Positions 9,693 to 19,441 of a stretch of 39,229 nucleotides of DNA are shown here, piece after piece. The stretch's first letter is position 1. Each line of letters opens with the position of its first letter. The notes under the pieces are model-generated. The model searched no databases and was not told where the DNA came from. It was given only the letters and a program-made list of their open reading frames with translations. The translations under genes and the position numbers were made by a program. Source of the DNA: Bacilli bacterium. Lineage in GTDB: Bacteria > Bacillota_I > Bacilli_A > ML615J-28 > CAG-698. The stretch is from contig JAQUVC010000001.1 in the NCBI GenBank assembly GCA_028693535.1, positions 1 to 39,229 on the forward strand, given 5' to 3'.

Positions 9693-9702
9693 CGTCAACC
9701 TC

Positions 9703-10065
9703 CTAGAACTTCAATCCTGCTAATCTAGCAGCTTCAGCCAATGCCTTCACTCTTCCATGATATAAATATCCACCACGGTCAAATACAACATTTTCGATTT
9801 TTTTATCTAACGCTCTTTTTGCTATTAAAGTACCTACTTGCGCAGCTGCTTCAGTATTTGAGCCTTTTTCTAACTTTAATTCTTTATCTATACTTGATGC
9901 ACTAACTAAAGTTACACCTTCTACATCATCGATTACTTGAGCATAAATATGTGCATTTGATCTGAACACATTTAAACGAGGTAAGGTAGATGTTCCACTT
10001 ATATTCTTGCGAATTCTTAAATGACGAATACTGCGTGTTTCATTACGCGATTTTTTTGTGATCAC
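9703..10065 (-). CDS. rplR: 50S ribosomal protein L18
   Basis: 120 aa starting [11 protein letters not shown] and containing [22 protein letters not shown] start. Confidence 0.95.
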   Translation of the reverse strand: MITKKSRNETRSIRHLRIRKNISGTSTLPRLNVFRSNAHIYAQVIDDVEGVTLVSASSIDKELKLEKGSNTEAAAQVGTLIAKRALDKKIENVVFDRGGYLYHGRVKALAEAARLAGLKF

Positions 10066-10082
10066 TACTCATACGCTCCTTT

Positions 10083-10622
10083 CTATTTAGCTTTCTTTCC
10101 TTCTTTACGACGAACAATTTCGCCTTTATAACGAATACCTTTTCCTAAATAAGGTTCAGGTTTTCTTACAGCTCTAACTTCAGCAGCAAATTGGCCGACA
10201 ACTTGTTTGTCTATGCCCTTGATTACCACTTCAGTTTGTGTAGGAACTTCTATAGTAAGTCCTTCAGGAATTGGCATTTCTACCAAATGTGAATAACCAG
10301 CAGCAACAACCAAAACATTTCCCTTCAAAGAAGCACGATAACCTGTTCCTTGAATTTCAAGTCCTCTTACGAAACCATTGGTAACACCTTCAATCATATT
10401 GTGTAAAAGTGCTCTTGTTGTTCCATGAAGAGTTCTATGTTCTTGTGAATCACTTGGTCTAGTTACTTTGATATCGCTGCCTGCAATTTCAATTGTCATT
10501 TTAGGACATAATTGTTGGCTTATTTCACCTTTTGGACCTTTTACTACTACAAAATTTCCTGGATTTACTTCAACTGATACACCATCAGTTAATTTTATAA
10601 TTTTATTTCCGACTCTAGACAT
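10083..10622 (-). CDS. rplF: 50S ribosomal protein L6
   Basis: The ATG at 10622 gives MSRVGNKIIKL, with AGGAGG 8 nt upstream. The track start at 10640 is a TTG within the rpsH 3' end. Confidence 0.95.
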   Translation of the reverse strand: MSRVGNKIIKLTDGVSVEVNPGNFVVVKGPKGEISQQLCPKMTIEIAGSDIKVTRPSDSQEHRTLHGTTRALLHNMIEGVTNGFVRGLEIQGTGYRASLKGNVLVVAAGYSHLVEMPIPEGLTIEVPTQTEVVIKGIDKQVVGQFAAEVRAVRKPEPYLGKGIRYKGEIVRRKEGKKAK

Positions 10623-10633
10623 AATAAAACCTC

Positions 10634-11044
10634 CTACCAAACATAAGCTACAACTTCGCCGCCAAAATTCTTTTGACGTGCTTCTTTATCAGTCATAACT
10701 CCATTTGATGTTGATACGATAGCGATTCCTAAGCCGTTTAAAACTTTCGGCATTTCACTAGCTTTAGCATAAACTCTTAAACCAGGTTTCGATATTCGAG
10801 TTAAGCCTTTTATTACTCTTTCTTTTTTATCTGTATATTTAAGCGTTACTTTTAAAGTATTTATTGTCGTTCCTTTTTCATCTTTAGAAATAAGTTCTAC
10901 ATCTTTAATGTAACCTTCATTTTTAATAACACTTAAAACTTCTTGTTTCATTTTTGATGCTGGCATCTCTACATATTCATGCTTCATTTGATTGGCATTA
11001 CGAATACGTGTAAGCATATCAGCAATTGGATCTGTCATTACCAT
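10634..11044 (-). CDS. rpsH: 30S ribosomal protein S8
   Basis: 136 aa starting [18 protein letters not shown]. Confidence 0.97.
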   Translation of the reverse strand: MVMTDPIADMLTRIRNANQMKHEYVEMPASKMKQEVLSVIKNEGYIKDVELISKDEKGTTINTLKVTLKYTDKKERVIKGLTRISKPGLRVYAKASEMPKVLNGLGIAIVSTSNGVMTDKEARQKNFGGEVVAYVW

Positions 11045-11058
11045 TGATAGTCTCCTTT

Positions 11059-11244
11059 CTACCAGCTAGATTTAGTTACGCCAGGGATTTGTCCCTTATT
11101 GGCTAACTCTCTAAAGCAGATACGGCATAATTTGAATTTACGGTATACAGCATGTGGTCTTCCACAACGCTCACAACGTGTATATTCTCTAACTTTGAAC
11201 TTTTGCGTTCTTTTATTTCTAATTTTTAATGATGTTTTAGCCAT
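11059..11244 (-). CDS. rpsN: 30S ribosomal protein S14, type Z (zinc-binding)
   Basis: 61 aa with CERCGRP...CRIC, ending KSSW. Confidence 0.96.
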   Translation of the reverse strand: MAKTSLKIRNKRTQKFKVREYTRCERCGRPHAVYRKFKLCRICFRELANKGQIPGVTKSSW

Positions 11245-11256
11245 AGTTCTACTCCT

Positions 11257-11796
11257 CTACTTCCTAAAAGGCATTCCCAATAGGCTTAGTAATTCACGGC
11301 CTTCTTCATCAGTCTTTGCTGTTGTAACAATGACGATGTCCATACCACGAATTTTTAATACTTTGTCATAATTAATTTCCGGAAAAATTAATTGTTCCTT
11401 AATACCTATTGTATAATTACCACGGCCATCGAAAGAATCTTTACTTAGGCCTCTAAAGTCTCTTACTCGAGGAAGAGCTACTGATACTAACTTATCAAAA
11501 AATTCGTACATTCTTTCCCCTCTTAGCGTGACTTTACAACCGATTGCTACACCTTCACGTAATTTGAAAGCGGCAATCGATTTCTTAGCTTTTGTAATTA
11601 TTGGTTTTTGACCTGTTACTTGTGTTAAGTCTTCAACTGCTGCATCCAATGCTTTTGCGTTTACAATAGCATCACCAACACCCATATTTACTACAATTTT
11701 TTCTAATCTAGGGGCTTGCATAAGAGAAGTATAAGAGAACTTTTTAATCAAAGCGTCTTTTACGGTTTCATTGTATTTTTCTTTTACTCGATTCAT
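11257..11796 (-). CDS. rplE: 50S ribosomal protein L5
   Basis: 179 aa; conserved position and sequence ([11 protein letters not shown]). Confidence 0.97.
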   Translation of the reverse strand: MNRVKEKYNETVKDALIKKFSYTSLMQAPRLEKIVVNMGVGDAIVNAKALDAAVEDLTQVTGQKPIITKAKKSIAAFKLREGVAIGCKVTLRGERMYEFFDKLVSVALPRVRDFRGLSKDSFDGRGNYTIGIKEQLIFPEINYDKVLKIRGMDIVIVTTAKTDEEGRELLSLLGMPFRK

Positions 11797-11807
11797 ATTC
11801 TTTCTCC

Positions 11808-12119
11808 TTACTTATCTAGCAAGTTGCCAGTTTTTTTAGCGAAACGAACTTTTTTGCCATTTTCTTCTTTATAGCCTACTCTAGTCGCTTGTGCAGCCTT
11901 TGTATCATAAACCATAACATTTGAAATCGCAATTGGAGCTTCTTTTTTTATAATTCCGCCATCTGGGTTTGCATTTGATGGTCTAGTATGACGTGAAATA
12001 ATATTAACACCTTCAACTACGATGCGGTTTCCACTTACTAATACCTTCAAAACCTTTCCGATTTTTCCTTTATTATCACCGCTAATTACTTTAACGGTAT
12101 CACCTTTTTTAACAAACAT
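11808..12119 (-). CDS. rplX: 50S ribosomal protein L24
   Basis: 103 aa starting [19 protein letters not shown] (KOW motif). Confidence 0.96.
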   Translation of the reverse strand: MFVKKGDTVKVISGDNKGKIGKVLKVLVSGNRIVVEGVNIISRHTRPSNANPDGGIIKKEAPIAISNVMVYDTKAAQATRVGYKEENGKKVRFAKKTGNLLDK

Positions 12120-12129
12120 ACATTCCTCC

Positions 12130-12498
12130 TTATAAAACCTCAGGAGCTAAGGAAATTATTTTCATAAAGTCCTTATCACGTAATTCACGAGCAACAGGCC
12201 CAAAAATACGTGTTCCTTTAGGAGTTTTATCATCACGAATAATAACTGCGGCATTGTCATCAAATCTAATATAACTACCATCAGTTCTTCTTAAGGCGCT
12301 CTTTGTTCTCACAATTACAGCTTTTATGATTTCGCCTTTTTTTATTGCTCCACCTGGAGTTGCACTCTTAACAGTGGCAACAATAATATCACCAACACCT
12401 GCATAGCGGCGTCTTGTTCCACCCAAAACTTTAATCGTTAGGATTTCTTTCGCACCTGAATTGTCGGCTACTTTTAATCTCGACTCTTGTTGTATCAT
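12130..12498 (-). CDS. rplN: 50S ribosomal protein L14
   Basis: 122 aa starting [18 protein letters not shown]. Confidence 0.97.
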   Translation of the reverse strand: MIQQESRLKVADNSGAKEILTIKVLGGTRRRYAGVGDIIVATVKSATPGGAIKKGEIIKAVIVRTKSALRRTDGSYIRFDDNAAVIIRDDKTPKGTRIFGPVARELRDKDFMKIISLAPEVL

Positions 12499-12510
12499 TA
12501 TTTTCGCCTC

Positions 12511-12771
12511 CTATAATTGGACAGCACGTTCAACTATTGCAACCAAGCGGAATTTTTTTGTTTTTGATAATGGTCTTGTTTCCATAATCGTAACAATGTC
12601 ACCCATCTTAGCATCATTAGTTTCATCGTGAGCCGTAAACTTCTTACTGTATTCTACACGCTTTCCATATAGAGGATGCTTGCGGTATGTAGTAATCAAA
12701 ACTTTAATTGTTTTGTCTTCTTTAGTTGATACAACTTTACCAGTGTATTCTTTTCTACTATTTCTTTCCAT
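12511..12771 (-). CDS. rpsQ: 30S ribosomal protein S17
   Basis: 86 aa containing [28 protein letters not shown]. Confidence 0.96.
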   Translation of the reverse strand: MERNSRKEYTGKVVSTKEDKTIKVLITTYRKHPLYGKRVEYSKKFTAHDETNDAKMGDIVTIMETRPLSKTKKFRLVAIVERAVQL

Positions 12772-12782
12772 AGGTCTCCTCC

Positions 12783-13025
12783 TTACTTAGCTCCGTTGGC
12801 ACGTTCCGTTAGGATTGTTTTCATACGCGCAATTTGCTTTTTTGTTTTACCAAGTTGTGCTGTATTCTCCAATTTTCCAACTGCCGCTTGAAAGCGTAAA
12901 TTAAATAATTCTTGTTTCATCTCTTTGATTTTTTCTTCAATAGTGGCGTCATCTAATTTGCGTAATTTCTCTACTTCTGACTCTCTAACAACTGGAGCAA
13001 CAACTTTTTGTTCTTTCTTAGCCAT
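12783..13025 (-). CDS. rpmC: 50S ribosomal protein L29 (about 14-aa N-terminal extension relative to Bacillus L29)
   Basis: The ATG at 13025 (MAKKEQKVV...) overlaps the rplP stop. Core sequence is [17 protein letters not shown]. The track start at 13037 is a GTG. Confidence 0.93.
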   Translation of the reverse strand: MAKKEQKVVAPVVRESEVEKLRKLDDATIEEKIKEMKQELFNLRFQAAVGKLENTAQLGKTKKQIARMKTILTERANGAK

Positions 13026-13443
13026 TATTCTCACCACTTTCTCGTGTAATTACTTTTGTTGGGATAGGTAACTTATGAGCTGCTAATCTTAACGCTTCAC
13101 GAGCGATTTCTTCGCTAACGCCACCTATTTCAAACATAACAGTTCCTCTTTTAACTACTGCAACATAGCTATCAGGAGCACCTTTACCGCCACCCATACG
13201 AACTTCAAGAGGCTTATGAGTTTGCGCCATATGAGGGAATATTCTAATCCAAACAGAACCTTCACGTTTCATGAAACGAGTCATGGCAATACGTGCTGCT
13301 TCTATTTGTTGTGATGTAATCCAAGTTCCTAATTGAGCTTGTAATCCATATTCACCAAAATTAATTTCTTTTGCACCTTTCGCCTTACCTTCATAACTTA
13401 CACGATGAGGACGACGATACTTCGTTCTTTTAGGCATCAACAT
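13018..13443 (-). CDS. rplP: 50S ribosomal protein L16
   Basis: 141 aa starting [14 protein letters not shown]. Confidence 0.97.
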   Translation of the reverse strand: MLMPKRTKYRRPHRVSYEGKAKGAKEINFGEYGLQAQLGTWITSQQIEAARIAMTRFMKREGSVWIRIFPHMAQTHKPLEVRMGGGKGAPDSYVAVVKRGTVMFEIGGVSEEIAREALRLAAHKLPIPTKVITRESGENNG

Positions 13444-13445
13444 AA

Positions 13446-14102
13446 TTAATTTGCCTCCTTCTTAGTTTTCTTAGCTGGTAAAACTTCTCCTTTACAAATC
13501 CAAACTTTAACACCTAATTTACCATATGTGGTGTTTGCTTCAGCAATTGCATAGTCAATGTCAGCTCTTAATGTATGTAGAGGAACAGTTCCTTCGCTAT
13601 ACCCTTCACGACGAGCCATTTCGGCACCACCTAAGCGTCCTGAAATTGATGTCTTAATACCCTTAGCACCAGCTTTCATACTTCTTTGGATAGCCATTTT
13701 TTGAACACGTCTAAAAGATGCTCTGTTCTCTAATTGTTCTGCCATATTTCTCGCAACTAATGTTGCATCTAAGTCTGGGTTTTTAATCTCAACAACACTT
13801 AAAAATATTGCCTTACCAGTCATTTTTTGTAATTTTTCAACGATTTGCGCTTTGATAGCTCCATCACGACCAATAACTACACCCGGTTTCGCAGTGTGAA
13901 TAGTTAACATGATTTTAGTCTTTGTTCGTTCGATTTCGATTTTTGATACATATGCTTTTTTGTAGAACTCTTGAATTGTTTCACGAATCTTAAAATCTTC
14001 ATGTAACAATGTTGGAACTTCTAATTTACTTGCATACCATTTAGATTCCCAATCACGAATAATACCGACTCTTAATCCAATCGGATTAACTTTTTGTCCC
14101 AT
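13446..14102 (-). CDS. rpsC: 30S ribosomal protein S3
   Basis: 218 aa starting [24 protein letters not shown]. Confidence 0.97.
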   Translation of the reverse strand: MGQKVNPIGLRVGIIRDWESKWYASKLEVPTLLHEDFKIRETIQEFYKKAYVSKIEIERTKTKIMLTIHTAKPGVVIGRDGAIKAQIVEKLQKMTGKAIFLSVVEIKNPDLDATLVARNMAEQLENRASFRRVQKMAIQRSMKAGAKGIKTSISGRLGGAEMARREGYSEGTVPLHTLRADIDYAIAEANTTYGKLGVKVWICKGEVLPAKKTKKEAN

Positions 14103-14111
14103 GTGTTCCTC

Positions 14112-14465
14112 CTATTCTCTTTCCGCAACAATGATAGTAATATTGCTTGTTCTTTTTAAAAGTGAACTACCACTACCTTTTGCCCGAGTAATCATACGTT
14201 TAATAGTAACTCCATCATTAACGTATCCTTCTTTTATATAAAGTAATTTTTGATCCATTTTTTTATTATTAACAGCATTTGCTGTTGCTGATTTCAACAC
14301 TTTTTCAATTGCAACAGTAACACCTTTAGGTGTTAACTTTAAAATTGCAACGGCTTCACTAACATTTTTCCCTCTGATTAAATCCATAACTAGACGAGCT
14401 TTACGAGGAGTAACGCGAACAGTTTTGGCAATAGCCTTAGCTTCTAATTTTACTACTTCTTCCAT
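14112..14465 (-). CDS. rplV: 50S ribosomal protein L22
   Basis: 117 aa containing AKAIAKTVRVTPRKARLVMDLIRGK. Confidence 0.96.
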   Translation of the reverse strand: MEEVVKLEAKAIAKTVRVTPRKARLVMDLIRGKNVSEAVAILKLTPKGVTVAIEKVLKSATANAVNNKKMDQKLLYIKEGYVNDGVTIKRMITRAKGSGSSLLKRTSNITIIVAERE

Positions 14466-14476
14466 ATGCTATCCTC

Positions 14477-14755
14477 CTACTTCTTCACTGTGGCCTTTTT
14501 ATCTTTACCGTGTCCACGATAAGTTCTTGTTGGTGCAAATTCACCCAACTTATGTCCTACCATATCTTCAGTAACGTATACTGGAACATGATTCTTACCA
14601 TTGTAAACAGCAATTGTACGACCGATAAAGTCAGGAAAAATTGTTGAACGACGTGACCATGTTTGAATAACTTTTTTTGAACTTTCTCCTTGGTCAACAA
14701 TTTTCTTTAATAAATGTTGATCGCAAAAAGGTCCTTTTTTAATTGAGCGTGCCAT
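14477..14755 (-). CDS. rpsS: 30S ribosomal protein S19
   Basis: 92 aa starting [18 protein letters not shown]. Confidence 0.97.
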   Translation of the reverse strand: MARSIKKGPFCDQHLLKKIVDQGESSKKVIQTWSRRSTIFPDFIGRTIAVYNGKNHVPVYVTEDMVGHKLGEFAPTRTYRGHGKDKKATVKK

Positions 14756-14770
14756 TGTTATTTCTCCTTT

Positions 14771-15601
14771 CTAACCATTACGGCGACGTACTATTAAGTC
14801 GCTAGATTTTTTCTTAGTATTACGAGTCTTAAGACCGAGCGCAATTTTACCCCAAGGAGTAAGTGGAGCCTTACGTCCAACTGGAGTACGGCCTTCACCA
14901 CCACCATGAGGGTGATCATTAGGATTCATTGCTGAACCTCTTACTGTTGGTCTAATTCCTAAATAACGTGTTCTTCCTGCTTTTCCAATATTAACGTTCA
15001 TATGATCAGCATTACCAACTTCCCCAATAGTAGCACGGCATACTGATAATATTTTTCTAACTTCACCACTAGTTAATCTAACTAGGATATATTTGTCTTC
15101 ACGACCCAAGATTTGAGCGCTTGAACCAGCAGAACGAACCAATTGTCCGCCCTTGCCAGGATGTAATTCGATATTATGGACAACGGTACCTACAGGTATT
15201 TTACCTAAAGGTATCGCATTACCAACAATAATATCTGCATTTTCACCAGACAAAATCTTTTGTCCAACTTTTAATCCCTTGGGAGCAATAATATATCGTT
15301 TTTCACCATCAACATAGTTAATTAAAGCGATGTTGGCAGATCTATTTGGATCATATTCTATTGTTGCAACGGTACCAACGATATCATCTTTATTTCGCTT
15401 GAAATCGATAATACGATATTTTTGCTTGTGTCCGCCACCTTGATGACGTACTGTTATTTTACCCATATTATTACGACCACCATTTTTCTTTAATGGGGCT
15501 AATAAACTTTTTTCAGGAGTAGATGTTGTAATTTCATCAAACACCAACACTGACATGCCACGACGGCCAGGAGTGGTTGGATTGTATTTTTTAATAGCCA
15601 T
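14771..15601 (-). CDS. rplB: 50S ribosomal protein L2
   Basis: 276 aa starting [17 protein letters not shown] and containing [13 protein letters not shown]. Confidence 0.97.
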   Translation of the reverse strand: MAIKKYNPTTPGRRGMSVLVFDEITTSTPEKSLLAPLKKNGGRNNMGKITVRHQGGGHKQKYRIIDFKRNKDDIVGTVATIEYDPNRSANIALINYVDGEKRYIIAPKGLKVGQKILSGENADIIVGNAIPLGKIPVGTVVHNIELHPGKGGQLVRSAGSSAQILGREDKYILVRLTSGEVRKILSVCRATIGEVGNADHMNVNIGKAGRTRYLGIRPTVRGSAMNPNDHPHGGGEGRTPVGRKAPLTPWGKIALGLKTRNTKKKSSDLIVRRRNG

Positions 15602-15619
15602 TATCTGCTACCTCCTATA

Positions 15620-15904
15620 TTAAACTTCGAATACGTCTAATGTTTGACCTTCTGCCAATGTCACGATTGCTTTACGGACAGCAGGGCGGAAACCTTCATA
15701 TTTTCCTACACGACGTTCTTTTTTTCTAACGTTAATCATGTTAACTTTAATAACATTAACCTTAAATATCTCTTCAACTGCTTTTTTAACTTCTACTTTA
15801 TTAACCCCTTGCATTACTTCAAATGTATACTTTCTTTCTTCAACAAGTTTAGTAGACTTTTCAGTAATTAACGGCTTAACAATAATATCATAAGGATTTT
15901 TCAT
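15620..15904 (-). CDS. rplW: 50S ribosomal protein L23
   Basis: 94 aa; conserved position. The start overlaps the rplD stop (TAATG). Confidence 0.95.
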   Translation of the reverse strand: MKNPYDIIVKPLITEKSTKLVEERKYTFEVMQGVNKVEVKKAVEEIFKVNVIKVNMINVRKKERRVGKYEGFRPAVRKAIVTLAEGQTLDVFEV

Positions 15905-16527
15905 TATTTTAGATCCTCCTCATATTTTTTTGCTGCATCTTGAGTCATAATGTACATATTAGCATTGATTAAATCATAAACACTTAAATGCGCTTTTGTT
16001 TGTACATATACGCCAGGGATGTTATTTCCAGCTTTAAATAAATTGTAATTATCTTCATTGGTAATTACTAATACTTTTCCTTCAGCTTTTAAGTTTGATA
16101 GAACAGATACTAACGTTTTTGTTTTGAAATCTTCTAACATAAATTGATCAACAACAACAATTTTATTGTTGTTCAAACGATCTGATAATAAAGATTTAAC
16201 AGCAATTTTAACAACTTTTCTATTTACTTTCACACTATAACTTCTTGGCTTTGGGCCAAAAACAATTCCACCACCGCGCCATTGAGGAGCTCTAATCGAT
16301 CCTTGTCGTGCACGTCCTGTACCTTTTTGTCGCCAAGGTTTTCTTCCACCACCACTAACTTCACTACGTCCTTTAGTTTGGTGTGTTCCTTGACGCATAG
16401 CAGCTCTTTCAGCGTTTACCACATCATAAACAACTTGCATATTTGGCTCTACAGCAAACACTTCTTTGCTTAACTTTAATTTTCCAACTTCTGCACCTGA
16501 TTGGTTTAATACAACTATACTAGGCAT
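15904..16527 (-). CDS. rplD: 50S ribosomal protein L4
   Basis: 207 aa containing GGGRKPWRQKGTGRARQGSIRAPQWRGGG. Confidence 0.97.
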   Translation of the reverse strand: MPSIVVLNQSGAEVGKLKLSKEVFAVEPNMQVVYDVVNAERAAMRQGTHQTKGRSEVSGGGRKPWRQKGTGRARQGSIRAPQWRGGGIVFGPKPRSYSVKVNRKVVKIAVKSLLSDRLNNNKIVVVDQFMLEDFKTKTLVSVLSNLKAEGKVLVITNEDNYNLFKAGNNIPGVYVQTKAHLSVYDLINANMYIMTQDAAKKYEEDLK

Positions 16528-16543
16528 CTTTATTTCTCCTTTC

Positions 16544-17203
16544 CTAAGCTAACGCTTCGGGGTTAATGGCAGCAGATGTTTTTTTGACTGCATTTGTTAC
16601 CATAACAAATGAGTTCTTTGCTCCTGGGACATTACCTCTAATTAGCATTACATTTTTTTCTAAATCAATTTTTACGACTTCTAAGTTTTGAACAGTCACT
16701 TGTTCTCCACCCATTCTACCAGCTAGTTTTTTTCCTTTTTTAATTCTAGCGGCATCGATTGCACCCATTGAACCTGATCCACGATGATATCCCGATCCAT
16801 GAGCCATAGGGCCACGATGGAAATTCCAACGTTTGATAACTCCTTGATAACCCTTCCCCTTACTGGTTCCAGTTACATCAACGATTTCACCCTCTGCAAA
16901 TATATTTGCTTTTACCTCTTGACCTACTTCAAAGACAGCCATTTGTTCCCCAGCGATTTCTTTGATGAAGCGCTTAGGGTGGGCTTGTGCCTTTGCAGCA
17001 TGTCCTTTTTCAGGATTATTAATGCGACTTTCTTTTTTGTCGGCAAATCCTATTTGTACAGCTTGATACCCATCAGTGTCAGCTGTCTTTTTTTGCAACA
17101 CAACGTTACCAGCAACTTCAATAACAGTTACAGGAATAAGTTCACCTTGTGCTGAAAAAACTTGTGTCATACCAATTTTTTTACCTAAGATTCCTTTGGC
17201 CAT
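16544..17203 (-). CDS. rplC: 50S ribosomal protein L3
   Basis: The ATG at 17203 gives [16 protein letters not shown], with AGGAGG 7 nt upstream. The track start at 17224 would add 7 non-conserved residues. Confidence 0.95.
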   Translation of the reverse strand: MAKGILGKKIGMTQVFSAQGELIPVTVIEVAGNVVLQKKTADTDGYQAVQIGFADKKESRINNPEKGHAAKAQAHPKRFIKEIAGEQMAVFEVGQEVKANIFAEGEIVDVTGTSKGKGYQGVIKRWNFHRGPMAHGSGYHRGSGSMGAIDAARIKKGKKLAGRMGGEQVTVQNLEVVKIDLEKNVMLIRGNVPGAKNSFVMVTNAVKKTSAAINPEALA

Positions 17204-17223
17204 GAGTTTTCCTCCTTTACTCA

Positions 17224-17529
17224 TTATTTTAGAATAATGTCAACACCAGCAGGTATTTCTAGATGAATTAATGCATCCATTGTTTTTGGTGTTGTTTCCA
17301 CAATGTCAATCAGACGCTTGTGTGTTCTTCTTTCGAATTGTTCACGACTATCCTTGTGTTTGTGTGGTGAACGAATTACTGTAAAGACTTCTTTTTCTGT
17401 TGGAAGTGGAATCGGTCCCGATACTTTTGCACCAGTCTTTTTCGCTGTTTCAACAATTTTTTTTGCAGACTCATCAATAAGTCTGTGATCATAAGAAATT
17501 AATTTTATTCTTAACGCCGTTTTTGCCAT
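17224..17529 (-). CDS. rpsJ: 30S ribosomal protein S10
   Basis: 101 aa starting [34 protein letters not shown]. First gene of the superoperon. Confidence 0.97.
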   Translation of the reverse strand: MAKTALRIKLISYDHRLIDESAKKIVETAKKTGAKVSGPIPLPTEKEVFTVIRSPHKHKDSREQFERRTHKRLIDIVETTPKTMDALIHLEIPAGVDIILK

Positions 17530-17664
17530 GTTTTTTTCCTCCTTTTCGCATCCATTTCAAATGTAGCTTCGACTCCATACGAATTCCCTAATAACAAGGA
17601 CTTTGGCAACGCGTCCGTGTGTATCAGCAACCTCGCATATCAACATCTCTTTCTAACCTTATGT

Positions 17665-17693
17665 ATTATACTAGAAGTGGCACTTAATGTCAA
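17665..17693 (-). promoter_or_regulatory. Consensus sigma-A promoter of the S10-spc-alpha operon
   Basis: On the minus strand: TTGACA (17693-17688), a 17-nt spacer, then TATAAT (17670-17665). This is about 130 nt upstream of the rpsJ ATG. Confidence 0.75.
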
Positions 17694-17741
17694 CTTTTTT
17701 TTACTTTTATTTTTGAAACGCCCTGATTGTTTTTAGGTACC

Positions 17742-17774
17742 AAAAAACCCCCAGTTATTAAAACTAGGGGTTTT
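17742..17774 (-). terminator. Intrinsic terminator after the YebC-family gene
   Basis: Minus-strand RNA is CCCCUAGUU-UUAAU-AACUGGGGG followed by UUUUUU. A/T tracts lie on both sides, so it is possibly bidirectional. Confidence 0.7.
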
Positions 17775-17777
17775 GTT

Positions 17778-18503
17778 TCATTGTTTCAACTTTACATTAT
17801 CATAGACATCTTGAACATCGTCAATTTCATCCATCATTTCCTTAAATCGTTCATATTTTTTAATATCGCTCTCATCAATAAGTTCCACAAATGTCTGCGG
17901 TATCCATGTCGTTTCATCTTCTTCAAACTCTATACCACTAAATTTTTCTTGCAACGCATTCTTTATTTTCGCGTATTCTGTTTGTGGTGCATAGATGGTA
18001 ATAAATTCTTCATCTGTTTCAACATCATTAACATCACAATCAGCTTCAATCAAAGCATCTAATACTTCTTCATCACCATAGCCTTTGAATGTAAAGATTG
18101 CTAAATTATCAAACATATGTGCGACACAGCCTGATACTCCTAATTTAAATCCACATCTACCAAAAGCAGTTTTTACTGAAGTATATGTTCTATTAACATT
18201 ATCTGTCAAACAATCAACAATGACCATGCAGTTGCTTGGTCCAAATCCTTCATAGCGAATAAAATTATATGCTTCTGATGAACCACCTTTAGCCTTTTCA
18301 ATTGCTCTTTTGATTACATCAACTGGTACATTATTTTTTTTCGCTCTTTCTATTTCTTTTTTTAGGTTTTGATTTAAGTCAGGATCAGGGACGCCAGATT
18401 TTGCTGCCACATAGACAGCAGTTCCATATTTAGCGTTGTTTTTACTTTTAATAGCAGCCGTTTTTGCCATTGACGCGGCTCTAACTTCATGTGCTCTTCC
18501 CAT
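17778..18503 (-). CDS. YebC/PmpR (TACO1) family DNA-binding transcriptional regulator / translation factor
   Basis: 241 aa starting MGRAHEVRAASMAKTAAIKSKNNAKYGTAVYVAAKSGVPDPDLN, the typical family N-terminus. SD AGGAGA. Confidence 0.92.
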   Translation of the reverse strand: MGRAHEVRAASMAKTAAIKSKNNAKYGTAVYVAAKSGVPDPDLNQNLKKEIERAKKNNVPVDVIKRAIEKAKGGSSEAYNFIRYEGFGPSNCMVIVDCLTDNVNRTYTSVKTAFGRCGFKLGVSGCVAHMFDNLAIFTFKGYGDEEVLDALIEADCDVNDVETDEEFITIYAPQTEYAKIKNALQEKFSGIEFEEDETTWIPQTFVELIDESDIKKYERFKEMMDEIDDVQDVYDNVKLKQ

Positions 18504-18538
18504 AAATTATTCTCCTGTTCTGTTTTTATTACTTTTTT

Positions 18539-18567
18539 ATTATAACACTTCAAACACAATAATGAAA
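18539..18567 (-). promoter_or_regulatory. Candidate extended -10 promoter of the YebC-family gene
   Basis: On the minus strand: TGtTATAAT (18547-18539) with a weak -35 TTTCAT (18567-18562) at 17-nt spacing. Confidence 0.35.
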
Positions 18568-18617
18568 GTTATTTCTCAATATTTAATCAAGTTCCTGCAA
18601 ATATTGATCTAACTTTT

Positions 18618-19373
18618 TCAATCCTCAAGATATCTTTGTAAGTATCTTGGATTTATTCTGTCTATTTCTAAAAGGATAAAAACATCAATACTTTTAAAGA
18701 AAGTATCGATATAGGCTCCCTCACCAATGGTAGCCCATAGATTAATATATCCTTTGACCAAAGGCGGCATTTCTTTTTTTACTTGCCTATAGTCGATATC
18801 TATTTCTGTTAATTGTTGTAAAGAACACCGCGACTTTTCTCGCGCAAACGTTCGTGTTTCTGGTGGTGATAAGTGATTATAATACAAACTAGAGAGGCTA
18901 TGTTGATATATCGATGGATCTGTTCCATGGAAAGAAGCCGTTCCAAATAGAAATTTAACTTTTAAGGTTAAGGCATATCGAATCACTGCTTTCCATAATA
19001 AACCTATGACTAAGCCACTACGATATTCCTCTTTAACTACTGCTCGACCAATTTCTAAGATGTCACAATTTTTGTTTTTAAGATTATCCATGTTGAATTC
19101 TTTTTCCGTTAGAAAAATACCGACTTTTTCTGCGTGTTCTTTTCTGATTAACCGGTATGTCCCCACAACTTCATTCGTATTCATATCAATGGCAACAATA
19201 TAATCACAAAAATCATCATATTCATCTTTATCAAAGCCTTCTATTTCTTGTTTGTCTTTGTCATAATCAAGAATTAAACTTTTATATCGCAACCTATAAA
19301 TTTGCCTTTTTTCTTCTGCCGTTTCAGCCATCTTAATTTTTATGTTATTAACGGCAAATTCACGTAATTTCAT
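18618..19373 (-). CDS. GNAT-fold N-acyl amino acid synthase-like acyltransferase (OlsB / hemolysin-like Acetyltransf_5 family)
   Basis: 251 aa. Contains EEKRQIYRLRYKSLILDY, DEYDDFCDYIVAID, VVGTYRLI, LEIGRAVVKEEYRSG and FLFGTASFHGTDP, which matches the family pattern as I recall it. AGGAGA SD. Confidence 0.8.
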   Translation of the reverse strand: MKLREFAVNNIKIKMAETAEEKRQIYRLRYKSLILDYDKDKQEIEGFDKDEYDDFCDYIVAIDMNTNEVVGTYRLIRKEHAEKVGIFLTEKEFNMDNLKNKNCDILEIGRAVVKEEYRSGLVIGLLWKAVIRYALTLKVKFLFGTASFHGTDPSIYQHSLSSLYYNHLSPPETRTFAREKSRCSLQQLTEIDIDYRQVKKEMPPLVKGYINLWATIGEGAYIDTFFKSIDVFILLEIDRINPRYLQRYLED

Positions 19374-19403
19374 AACTTTCTCCTAATTATTTTCACAAAA
19401 AGT

Positions 19404-19432
19404 ATCTTACCATATTCTTTAGAAACTTTCAA
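19404..19432 (-). promoter_or_regulatory. Candidate promoter of the GNAT gene (TTGAAA-17-TGgTAAGAT)
   Basis: On the minus strand: -35 TTGAAA (19432-19427), a 17-nt spacer, and an extended -10 TGGTAAGAT (19412-19404). Confidence 0.5.
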
Positions 19433-19441
19433 GGAGATATT

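Noticed and set aside
17727-18062. 111-aa plus-strand ORF overlapping the YebC-family gene and its terminator.
   Set aside because: It is a Phe/Ile-rich shadow ORF, and the opposite strand encodes a well-conserved protein.
18374-18559. 61-aa minus-strand ORF spanning the YebC-family start region.
   Set aside because: It overlaps the YebC N-terminus out of frame, and its start lies inside the promoter/leader. No SD.
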